DNA of 64,000 bases, from NCBI GenBank assembly GCA_963747405.1, contig CAVVFG010000011.1, positions 5,018 to 69,017 of the forward strand, given 5' to 3'. Each line of letters opens with the position of its first letter. Positions within the stretch are counted from its first letter, which is position 1. Source of the DNA: an uncultured Actinomycetota bacterium. Its GTDB lineage: Bacteria > Actinomycetota > Actinomycetes > Actinomycetales > Dermatophilaceae. Below, piece after piece: positions 34,101 to 42,925 of the stretch. The notes under the pieces are model-generated. The model was not told the DNA's origin. It searched no databases and was given only the letters and a program-made list of their open reading frames with translations. Made by a program: the position numbers and the translations under genes.

Positions 34101-36005
34101 GTCGGCGTCGGCGACATGAGCGGCGACGTCTTCGGCAACGGGATGCTGCTCTCCGAGCACATCCGCCTCATCGCCGCGTTCGACCACCGGCACGTCTTCG
34201 TCGACCCCACGCCGGATGCCGCGGCCTCCTTCGCCGAGCGCCGCCGCCTGTTCGACCTGCCGCGCTCCTCGTGGAGCGACTACGACACGTCGCTGATCTC
34301 GGCCGGCGGTGGCGTCTTCCCGCGAAGCCTGAAGTCGATCCGGGTGACGCCGGAGATGGCCGAGGCGCTGGGCATCAAGGGCGTGGAGCGGATGACCCCT
34401 GCCGAGCTGATCCACGCCATCCTGCTCGCCCCCGTCGACCTGCTGTGGAACGGCGGCATCGGCACGTACGTCAAGGCCTCCACCGAGGACCACCTCTCCA
34501 TCGGCGACCGAGCCAACGACGCCATCCGGGTCGACGGCAAGCAGCTGCGGGTCAAGGTCGTCGGGGAGGGTGGCAACCTCGGGCTCTCGCAGCTCGGGCG
34601 GATCGAGGCCGCGTTCTGCGGGGTACGGGTCAACACCGACGCCATCGACAACTCGGCCGGCGTCGACACCTCCGACCACGAGGTCAACATCAAGATCCTG
34701 CTCGGCGAGGTGGTCCGCCGCGGCGAGCTCACCACCGACCAGCGCAACGAGCTGCTCGTCTCGATGACCGACGACGTGGCCGACCACGTGCTGCGTGACA
34801 ACTACGAGCAGAACGTGCTGCTGGGGAACGCCCGCGCGCAGGAGGCCTCGATGGCCAGCGTGCACGAGCGGCTCATCCACTGGCTTGAGGACCGTGGCGA
34901 GCTCGACCGGGCGCTGGAGTTCCTCCCCACCGATGCCGAGATCGAGAAGCGGCTACACGACGGGCTGGGCCTGAAGTCACCGGAGTTCTCGGTGCTGGTG
35001 GCCTACGCCAAGCTCGCGCTCAAGCAGGACATCCTGGCGAGCTCCATCCCCGACGACCCGTACTTCGACAGCACCCTGGCCCACTACTTCCCGCCGCAGA
35101 TCCGCGAGCACTACGCCGCGGAGCTGGCCAACCACCCGCTGCACCGCGAGATCATCACCAACTCGGTGGTCAACTCGATGGTCAACCGGGGCGGCATCAC
35201 CTTCGCCTTCCGGGCCCAGGAGGAGGCCGGGGCCACCCCCGAGCAGGTCACCCGCGCCTTCGTCGTGTGCCGCGAGGTGTTCGGGCTGGCCGACTACGTG
35301 CGTGAGGTCGAGGCCCTCGACACCGTCGTGTCGACGTCGGCGCAGACCGCGCTGTACCTCGAGTTCCGCCGGCTGCTCGACCGGTCGGTGCGCTGGTTCC
35401 TCACGGCGCGGCCGTCGGCGCTGGACATCGGGGCCGAGGTCGAGCGGTTCTCCGACATCCTGACCGACCTGCGCCAGCAGGTGCCCACCCTGTTGCGCGG
35501 TGAGGAGAAGCGCCGCCTGGAGCGCAAGGCCGGTGACCTCGTGAAGGCGGGGGTGCCGGAGGACCTCGCGCTGCGCGCGGCATCCCTGCTCGACTGGTAC
35601 TCCCTGCTCGACATCATCGACATCGCCACCGACACCGGGCGCGAGCCGACCGACGTGGCCCCGCTCTACTACCTGGTCTCGGAGCGGTTCGGCATCGACG
35701 CGATGCTGGGCAAGGTCACCAGGCTGCCGCGCGACGACCGCTGGGACGCCCTGGCCCGAGGCGCGCTGCGCGACGACCTCTACGCGGTGCTCGAGTCGCT
35801 GACCCGCTCGATCATCGAGGTCGGTGCGCCGGACGCCGAGCCGGCCGCCCAGTGGGAGGCGTGGGAGAAGGCCAACAAGGAGTCGGTGCAGCGCAGCAAG
35901 ACCTCGCTGTCGGCGATCCGCCGGCTCGAGAACCCCAACATCGCCGCCCTGTCGGTCGCGCTGCGCACGCTGCGCTCGGTGATCCGGGTCGGCGCCAGCA
36001 GCTGA
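31113..36005 (+). CDS. gdh: NAD-specific glutamate dehydrogenase (large GDH2 type)
   Basis: 1630 aa. [59 protein letters not shown]. Confidence 0.97.
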   Translation: [1630 protein letters not shown]

Positions 36006-36015
36006 ACCGGGGGAC

Positions 36016-36096
36016 CCCCCAGGCGCGTCCCGGAATCGACCAATAGGTCACATTGGAGACCCCCAGGCGCGTCCCGGAATCGACCAATAGGTCACA
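36016..36096. repeat. Two 37-bp direct repeats (44-bp period) of the same REP-like family as at 24.4 kb
   Basis: CCCCCAGGCGCGTCCCGGAATCGACCAATAGGTCACA at 36016 and 36060. Confidence 0.88.
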
Positions 36097-36174
36097 GCGG
36101 GGACGCTGGGTGGCGGCTGCCGCAACCCTGGGCGGCCGGCATCCGGGAGGGTGGGGTGACCTAGGCTTCGCGGC

Positions 36175-37653
36175 GTGAGCACCCTCGCCGAGATGCTGCG
36201 CGACACGACGACCCTCGAGCCGGCCGAGTCGGAGTGGCTGCACCTGCTCGCGGGCGACTGGCAGCTCATCGCCGACCTGTCCTTCGCCGACCTCGTGCTG
36301 TGGGTGCGCGGCGGCATGGACGGCTGGCGGGCGGTAGCCCACGTGCGGCCCAACACCGGCCCGATGGTCTTCTACGAAGACATCGTCGGCAGCACGTCGA
36401 CCCGCTCGCGCGCCTCGATGCTCGACGAGGCCGCCCGCTCCCGGCGCCTCGTGGCCAAGCCCGCGCCGACCGTCCGCGAGGACATGTCCATCCGCGAGGA
36501 TGCCGTGCCGGTCGTGCGCGGTGGCCGCGCCATCGCGGTCGTCACCCGGCACGCGAACCTCACCGGTGGACGCACCCCGAGCCGGCTCGAGCTGACCTAC
36601 CGCGACCTGGCCGACTCCATCATGCGAATGGTGGCGGCCGGCGAGTTCCCCTCGACGTCGTCACCGACCGGGATGCGGCGTGGGGCCCCCCGGGTCGGCG
36701 ACGGTGTGATCCACCTCGACGCCGACGGGCTGGTCAAGTACGCCAGCCCGAATGCCGTGTCGGCCGTGCACCGGATGGGTCATGTCGGCGACGTGATCGG
36801 CGAGGTGCTCGCCCAGGTGGTGACCGACCTGGTGTCGCGCAGCGGCGCGAACGTCGACGAGTCGCTGGCCGTCGTGGCGACCGGGCGCGCCGGCTGGCGC
36901 TCGGAGGTGGAGACGGCGAGCGCGACCATCACCATGCGCGCCATCCCGCTCACCCTCGGCGGAGTGCGCACCGGTGCCATGGTGCTGCTGCGCGACGTTT
37001 CCGAGCTGCGCCGCCGCGAGCAGGAGCTGCTCACCAAGGACGCGACCATCCGCGAGATCCACCACCGGGTGAAGAACAACCTGCAGACGGTCGCGGCGCT
37101 GCTGCGCCTGCAGGCGCGTCGGGTCACCGACGACGCGGCCCGGGCCTCGCTCGAGGAGGCGGTGCGGCGGGTCGGCACCATCGCACTGGTGCACGAGACG
37201 CTCAGCCAGGGCTTCGACGAGACCGTGAACTTCGACGAGATCGCGGTGCGAGGGCTGCGGGCGGTGGTGGAGGTCGCCACCCGCGAGCACCACGTCGAGC
37301 CGACCTTCACCGGCAGCTTCGGCCGGATGCGGGCCGAGGACGCCACCGCGCTGGCGATGATCATCTCCGAGCTGGTGCAGAACGCCGTCGAGCACGGCCT
37401 GGAGGACCGCGACGGGAAGGTCGAGGTGGCGGTGAGCCGGCGGACGCTCCACGACGGCGAGGAGGAGCTGACCGTGGTGATCACCGACGACGGGGTCGGG
37501 CTCCCGGCGGGCTTCCGGCCCTCGCTGGCCGGGCTGGGCACCCGGATCGTGACGTCGCTGGCGGCCGATCTCAAGGGCCGCATCCGATGGGAGAACAACG
37601 TGCCGAACGGCACGCGCGTGGAGTTCGTCTGCCGGCTGCGTCCCCTGCGCTAG
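36175..37653 (+). CDS. pdtaS: PdtaS-type cytoplasmic sensor histidine kinase
   Basis: WQLIADLSFADLVLW N-terminal domain and HisKA_2 EIHHRVKNNLQ. Convergent with whiB1. Confidence 0.9.
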   Translation: MSTLAEMLRDTTTLEPAESEWLHLLAGDWQLIADLSFADLVLWVRGGMDGWRAVAHVRPNTGPMVFYEDIVGSTSTRSRASMLDEAARSRRLVAKPAPTVREDMSIREDAVPVVRGGRAIAVVTRHANLTGGRTPSRLELTYRDLADSIMRMVAAGEFPSTSSPTGMRRGAPRVGDGVIHLDADGLVKYASPNAVSAVHRMGHVGDVIGEVLAQVVTDLVSRSGANVDESLAVVATGRAGWRSEVETASATITMRAIPLTLGGVRTGAMVLLRDVSELRRREQELLTKDATIREIHHRVKNNLQTVAALLRLQARRVTDDAARASLEEAVRRVGTIALVHETLSQGFDETVNFDEIAVRGLRAVVEVATREHHVEPTFTGSFGRMRAEDATALAMIISELVQNAVEHGLEDRDGKVEVAVSRRTLHDGEEELTVVITDDGVGLPAGFRPSLAGLGTRIVTSLAADLKGRIRWENNVPNGTRVEFVCRLRPLR

Positions 37654-37686
37654 GACCCGGCCTACGGGTGGGCGAGGGAGCCGAGG

Positions 37687-37935
37687 TCAGCCGGCGCGGC
37701 GGGCCCGGGCGTTGCGACGCTTGAGCGCGCGGCGCTCGTCCTCGGACATGCCACCCCAGACACCGGCATCCTGACCCGACTCGATGGCCCACTTCAGGCA
37801 GGTGTCGACCACCTCGCACCGACGGCAGACGGCCTTGGCCTCCTCGATCTGAGCGATCGCCGGGCCGGTGTTCCCAATGGGGAAGAACAGCTCGGGGTCC
37901 TCGTCGAGGCAGGCAGCGCGGTCGCGCCAGTCCAT
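37687..37935 (-). CDS. whiB1: WhiB1 Fe-S transcription factor
   Basis: MDWRDRAACLDEDPELFFPIG...CRRC...C...GVWGGMSEDERR. Confidence 0.93.
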   Translation of the reverse strand: MDWRDRAACLDEDPELFFPIGNTGPAIAQIEEAKAVCRRCEVVDTCLKWAIESGQDAGVWGGMSEDERRALKRRNARARRAG

Positions 37936-38098
37936 GAAGGGTGCTCCTTGTCGCGGGGGTATGCGGGGGTCGAGCGCCTGCGGGGGGTGGGTGCGGACGC
38001 TTGCTGGATGCGTCGTCGCAGCCGGAACGGACGTCCACAGCACAGACGTCCGTGCTGCCACACTACCGGGACGGTCCCAATCCAGGAAGGATCGGGGG

Positions 38099-38114
38099 TG
38101 TGACAGTTCCGACA
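38099..38114. promoter_or_regulatory. Possible CRP-type site upstream of whiB1
   Basis: TGTGA-N6-CGACA versus the TGTGA-N6-TCACA consensus. Candidate -10 TAGTGT on the minus strand at 38060-38065. whiB1 is CRP-regulated in M. tuberculosis. Confidence 0.3.
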
Positions 38115-38199
38115 GGCGGAAGGTGTCGGGGGTGCTACCTCGACTCAACGGCCACGGGGGTGGTGGGTGTTCCCACCCCCGCTGACTAGGGTGGATGCC

Positions 38200-38601
38200 G
38201 TGTCAGACACCCCGCCACGCGGCTCGCGGCGCGTTGCCGCTCTGCTCAGTGGCCTGCAGGCGCTCACCCTTGCCGGCTTCGCGGTGTACTACGTCGTCGA
38301 GCTCGCCCTGGGGGAGGGGAGCGACGCCGTCCGAGTGGTGATGTCGGCGCTGTTGATCCTGGTCGGGGCGGTGGGGCTCGGCCTCCTGGCCCGTGGCTGG
38401 CTCGGTGACGCGTCATGGCCGCGCACCCCGACCATCGTCTGGAACGCGATCCTCGTGCCGGTCGGCATCAGCCTGGTCCAGGGCACCCGGGTGACGGTCG
38501 GCTGGGCCGTGCTCGCCGTGGCCGTCGTGGGTATCGGCGCTGCCTGGGTGGCCCGGGACTCCGAGACCGAGGTGCTCCCGGGGCGCGACGTTCCCGACTG
38601 A
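38200..38601 (+). CDS. Small integral membrane protein
   Basis: Four hydrophobic segments and a W(P/A)RTPTIVWN motif. Divergent from whiB1. Confidence 0.7.
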   Translation: MSDTPPRGSRRVAALLSGLQALTLAGFAVYYVVELALGEGSDAVRVVMSALLILVGAVGLGLLARGWLGDASWPRTPTIVWNAILVPVGISLVQGTRVTVGWAVLAVAVVGIGAAWVARDSETEVLPGRDVPD

Positions 38602-41600
38602 GCGTTCCGCCAGCACGACCTGCAGCTCGGTGACAACCCCGTGTGCGACGTGGACGCCGCGGCCGGGGAGCCGGGGAATCCCGTCGGGCATCGTCGCCGA
38701 CAGCAGGAAGCGGTCGGCGGCGCCGGGGTTCAGCACGACACCGCACCCGTCGCGTGCCACGTCGACATCGAGGCCGCTGAACCTCGAGGCCAGCGCGGCA
38801 GGGCTGGTCGACACCACGACCAGGCCGTCGTCGCGGTCGACGAGCTCGGCGATCTCGCGCAGCACGGGCATCGCGTCGCAGCCAGCGAGCCGGTCGGCGT
38901 CGTCGACGCACAGCGCCAGGTCGCGGTGCTGGTGCCGGAGCGCGACGAGGGACTCCGCGTCGCCAGGAGCGATGGCGACCGAGCCGGCCGGCCAGGGCAG
39001 CCGGCCGGAGTCGGCCGAGGTGACCACCGCGACCAGACGTCCTGTGTCGCAGAGGGATTGCACGACCACTCGCAGGGCGTTCGTGCGACCGGACCTGGGT
39101 GGGCCGACGACGAGGAGCCGGCGGCCGTCGGTCTCCGGGCGCCACGAGAACAGGGTCGCGTGCTCCCCCCCGACCCCGAGGAGCACGTCGAGTGCGTGGC
39201 GGTGGCCGGCACCCGCCCGACCGCCGGTGACGGGTGGCAGCTCCTCGCGGCGGACGACGGTCGGCAGGCTGACCCACCGCCACGCCGCGCCCTGAGCGGG
39301 GCGTCGTGCCGCCCTGCGCGCGATCACCTCCGTGTCGCGGGCCGGCACCAGCGCGAACTGCACCTCGCGCTTGTCATGAACCCGCACCGCGCGGCCGGGT
39401 GGCGGGTGCTGCGGAGCGTCCGTGGGGCGCAGGCCGGCGAGCGCGGCATCGAGCGGGTCGACGTGGCCCACCAGGAAGGTGCGTCCGGCCACCTCGCCCC
39501 ATCGTGGGTGCAGCAGGCTGCGACCACCGGCGAGCGCGCCGACCACGCCCACCGACCGACCGTCGCGCAGCACGCGCAGGAGCGAGGCGGTGAGGTGGTC
39601 GGACCCGTGGGCCGGGTGGGCCTCGACGAGCTGCTCCCAGCCGTCGACGACCAGCAGGATCGTCGGAGGCGCGCCCGGGTCGCTTTCCGCCGCGGAGGCA
39701 TCCGGCCCCGGCTGCACCGCTGCTGCGCGGCGGCGGTCCACCTCGCAGCGCAGGTGCTGCACGAGGGCGGTGCAGGCGCGCACGTCGTCGACCCGGGTGC
39801 GGGTGCCCAGGTGCGGGAGGGCGCCGAGATCGGCCAGCGACCCGTGCCCGTCGACGACGTGCAGGTGCAGCGACTCGGGGCCGAACCGGCGAGCCGCCGC
39901 CAGGGCTAGTGCCCGGAGGGCGGTGGTGCGCCCGCTGCCGGCCCCGCCGGCGAGCAACCAGGAGCCGTCGGTGGCGTCCCACCGCAACGGCGCCACGCGC
40001 TGCAGGTCCGGCTCGTCGACGAGACCGACCACGACGCACTGATCGCCCGACCCCGCGCCGGCGCCGTCCTCCTCATCGGCGCCGTCGCGACTGCTGTCGG
40101 CGCACGCCACCACGGCCGGCAGCGGAGCCATCCACGGTGACCTGGGCACGACTCCACCCCGCAGGCGGTGCGCGTCTCGCACCGCGGTCACCGCAGCGGG
40201 CGGTGCACCGGCGTCCGCCTCGTCATCGGGCGGCGTCGACCGGGCCAGGGCGTCGCCGTCGGTGACCGGCCGGACCGTGAGCCCGACGCCGGGGCGGACC
40301 CGCGGCGCCGCGACGGTCGCCGACTGGAAGGTGACCAGGGACCCGTCGGCCCCGCGGGCCAGGGCCCGCCCCGGCGTGCTCGGCGCGATACCGGCGGCCG
40401 CGCCGTCGTCGAGCACGTCGACCGAGTCCGCACGGTCCCGCATCCGGAAGGCGATCCGCAGCGAGACGTTGGCTTGCACCTCCGCGTTGAGGGCGCCCGA
40501 CGGTCGCTGGGTCGCCAGGACGAGGTGGACGCCCAGGGACCGGCCGAGAGCAGCCAGCCGCACCAGGCCGGTCACGAACTCGGGAAGCTCCTCGACCAGC
40601 GCCCGCAGCTCGTCGACCACCACGACCAGTCGAGGGACTGGCTGCGAGCCCGGGCTCCGAAGCCGCTGGTAGCCCTCGAGGTCGCTGACGCCGACAGCCG
40701 CCATGATCCGCTCCCGTCGACGCAGCTCGGCACGCAGGGACGACAGCGCACGCGAGACCAGGTGGTCGTCGAGGTCGGTGACCAGCCCGACGACATGGGG
40801 AAGGCCGGAGCACGGGCCGAAGGCCGCACCACCCTTGAAGTCGACGAGGACGAAGGTGAGCTCCTCGGGGGGTGCGGAGACGGCGAGCGAGGCGACCAGG
40901 GTGCGCAGGAACTCCGACTTGCCCGACCCGGTGGTGCCACCGACGAGCACATGCGGACCGTCGCGGCACAGGTCGACGACGAAGGGGCCTGCGGGGGTCG
41001 ACCCCACCACGGCGGCCAGGCTCGACCGCGCCGAGGCAGCCCCGAGGGCGGCGGCCTCCCGGCAGCGCCACCGCTCGGCCACCGTGACGGCGGTCGGCTC
41101 GCCGCCCAGGGCCTCGGCCAGGGTGAGCCGGGGCGGCAACCCGGCAGTGCCCCGGGAGTCGGCGCAGCGCACCGGGGCCAGGGCCCGGGAGAGCCGGTCG
41201 ACCCACCACGGGGCGACGAGGTCGGGCAAGAATGCCACCGGGCCGTCTGGCCCGTCGAGCAGGAGAGCGGAGCCGACCCGGTGCACCACGGCGCGGCAGC
41301 CGGGCGCGAGCCGCGTGCGGCTCGGGGCGGCCACGAGCACGACCGCGCCGTCGGCAATGGCGGCCTTCACGAGACCGGCCGAGCCGGGCCCGGGACGGGG
41401 AACCACGAGCAGGCGAAGGGGGCCGGCACGGCCTCGGTGGGCACCGTCACCCGAGCTGGACGGCGGCCGGCCGGCCGGCCGCGCGGAACCGTCAGCGTGC
41501 GGCAACCGGGCGGCCCAGGACCACCGCGGGTCGCTCGACGCGACCGTCACGGACAGCTCGTGCGGGGCGTTGGCCGTGCACAGCTGACCCACGAGGTTGG

Positions 41601-42780
41601 CCAGGTGGCCGTCGGTGAACGCGCTGGGCCCCACGACACCGAGGCAGGACAGCTCGGCCAGGTCGGCCACGAGGGGGGTGTGCGCCACGGTCGGGCGGGT
41701 CTGCGTGGTGCCGTCGACCCACACGACGCGGGTCGGCACGTCGCCCAGACCGAGGCGAACCAGGGAGGTACCACCACCGGACCAGATGCCGCCGAGTCTC
41801 CGCTCGGCGGTCGCCAGGACGGCCGCGGGGTCGGGGTGCGAACGGTCGAGCCGCTCCCGCTCGGTGCGCAACGCTGCGGTGAGCCGGCCCCGCGCCTGCT
41901 CCAGGGCCACGGCATGGGCCTCGAGCTCGCGACGCCGGGCCCGGCCCGAGCCCCAGCGATCTCCGAGGGCACCGGCCAGCAGGGACACCGGGCCGAGCGC
42001 GGCGAACAGCAGCAGCTGGGGACCGAGGAAGAACGCCAGGGCGATGGCGACGGGCACCGGCGCGACGGCCGCCAGCCAGGGCACCCGAGCCCGTTGCCGC
42101 TCCTGCGGTGCCGCGGGGGCGGTGACCCGGACGTCGGTGAGGGGCGGCGCGGGCCCGGGGGTGGGGCTGACGCGCACCGTGCCGTCACCCGGGTGCCGTA
42201 GCGGCGGACCGGGGCCGCCGGCGCGCCGTAGCCGCAGGGTCGTCGACCCGATGACCACCGTCGACGTGGCGTCGACCGGGGTGACGGTGCCGACAGGCGC
42301 GCCATCGACCACGACGCCGTTGGTCGACGCCCGGTCCTCGACGGTGACCCCGCTCGAACCGACAGCCACGTACAGGTGCTCGCGGCTGAGGGACTCGTCG
42401 TCGACGACCAGCCCGGCCACCGGCGCCCGGCCCACCGCGACGCCGGGTGGGAACAGCGGGTGGCGGCGCCCGGCATCCGGGCCGCCGACGACGACGAGGT
42501 CGAGCACGGAGCCGGGCCCGGGCAGCCGGGCCGGGACCGGCGCCCCGGCCGGTGCTGCGGCGACGGCGACGGCGGCACCGTGCAGCAGCGGCGGCATCCC
42601 CACCACACCGTCGGGCGGGAGCACGCGCCCGCCCGCGCTGAGACCCGGCACCGGCTCGCCGAGGTGGCGGGCCAGTGCGGCGCACAGCTCGGCGACCGTG
42701 GACCGGCTCGACCACACCACCACGACCTCGACCGGGTGCGGTCGTCGTCGTGGTAGGTGGACGGTGAGCGTCATCTCCAT
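38413..42780 (-). CDS. FHA-domain FtsK/SpoIIIE (EssC/EccC-like) ATPase
   Basis: FHA (VGR...SLSREH), TM pair, and three ATPase modules: GTTGSGKSE/VVVDE, GAGSGRTT, PPRSGRTN. Confidence 0.85.
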   Translation of the reverse strand: MEMTLTVHLPRRRPHPVEVVVVWSSRSTVAELCAALARHLGEPVPGLSAGGRVLPPDGVVGMPPLLHGAAVAVAAAPAGAPVPARLPGPGSVLDLVVVGGPDAGRRHPLFPPGVAVGRAPVAGLVVDDESLSREHLYVAVGSSGVTVEDRASTNGVVVDGAPVGTVTPVDATSTVVIGSTTLRLRRAGGPGPPLRHPGDGTVRVSPTPGPAPPLTDVRVTAPAAPQERQRARVPWLAAVAPVPVAIALAFFLGPQLLLFAALGPVSLLAGALGDRWGSGRARRRELEAHAVALEQARGRLTAALRTERERLDRSHPDPAAVLATAERRLGGIWSGGGTSLVRLGLGDVPTRVVWVDGTTQTRPTVAHTPLVADLAELSCLGVVGPSAFTDGHLANLVGQLCTANAPHELSVTVASSDPRWSWAARLPHADGSARPAGRPPSSSGDGAHRGRAGPLRLLVVPRPGPGSAGLVKAAIADGAVVLVAAPSRTRLAPGCRAVVHRVGSALLLDGPDGPVAFLPDLVAPWWVDRLSRALAPVRCADSRGTAGLPPRLTLAEALGGEPTAVTVAERWRCREAAALGAASARSSLAAVVGSTPAGPFVVDLCRDGPHVLVGGTTGSGKSEFLRTLVASLAVSAPPEELTFVLVDFKGGAAFGPCSGLPHVVGLVTDLDDHLVSRALSSLRAELRRRERIMAAVGVSDLEGYQRLRSPGSQPVPRLVVVVDELRALVEELPEFVTGLVRLAALGRSLGVHLVLATQRPSGALNAEVQANVSLRIAFRMRDRADSVDVLDDGAAAGIAPSTPGRALARGADGSLVTFQSATVAAPRVRPGVGLTVRPVTDGDALARSTPPDDEADAGAPPAAVTAVRDAHRLRGGVVPRSPWMAPLPAVVACADSSRDGADEEDGAGAGSGDQCVVVGLVDEPDLQRVAPLRWDATDGSWLLAGGAGSGRTTALRALALAAARRFGPESLHLHVVDGHGSLADLGALPHLGTRTRVDDVRACTALVQHLRCEVDRRRAAAVQPGPDASAAESDPGAPPTILLVVDGWEQLVEAHPAHGSDHLTASLLRVLRDGRSVGVVGALAGGRSLLHPRWGEVAGRTFLVGHVDPLDAALAGLRPTDAPQHPPPGRAVRVHDKREVQFALVPARDTEVIARRAARRPAQGAAWRWVSLPTVVRREELPPVTGGRAGAGHRHALDVLLGVGGEHATLFSWRPETDGRRLLVVGPPRSGRTNALRVVVQSLCDTGRLVAVVTSADSGRLPWPAGSVAIAPGDAESLVALRHQHRDLALCVDDADRLAGCDAMPVLREIAELVDRDDGLVVVSTSPAALASRFSGLDVDVARDGCGVVLNPGAADRFLLSATMPDGIPRLPGRGVHVAHGVVTELQVVLAERSVGNVAPREHLGLGVPGHPGSADTHDGHGEHGPADRHPGALDQADADRHEDRVPDDGRGARP

Positions 42781-42819
42781 GGCGCCACCGTAGGAAGACC
42801 GACCGACGACGCCTCGAAG

Positions 42820-42830
42820 TTATCCACAGG
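42820..42830 (+). promoter_or_regulatory. Perfect TTATCCACA(GG) box in the FtsK/tadA divergent promoter
   Basis: Exact DnaA-box consensus; shares TCCACAGG with the sites at 1.5 kb and 17.0 kb. Confidence 0.4.
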
Positions 42831-42925
42831 CCCGGCGCCAGCAGATGCGCGCGGGGGTGACGTCGGGTTTGCTATGCCGAGACATCGGTGGTCGGCGGAG
42901 GGGTCCGGCCACAGGAGGGGGAGAC

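Noticed and set aside
36016-36096. Mini-CRISPR
   Set aside because: Only two copies separated by 7 nt; same family as the 24.4-kb repeats.
38413-42780. Complete ESX/type VII secretion locus
   Set aside because: Only the ATPase is here; no EccB, EccD, EccE or mycosin genes in the window.
42820-42828. Replication origin
   Set aside because: Isolated boxes, no dense cluster or AT-rich unwinding element, and no dnaA/dnaN nearby.
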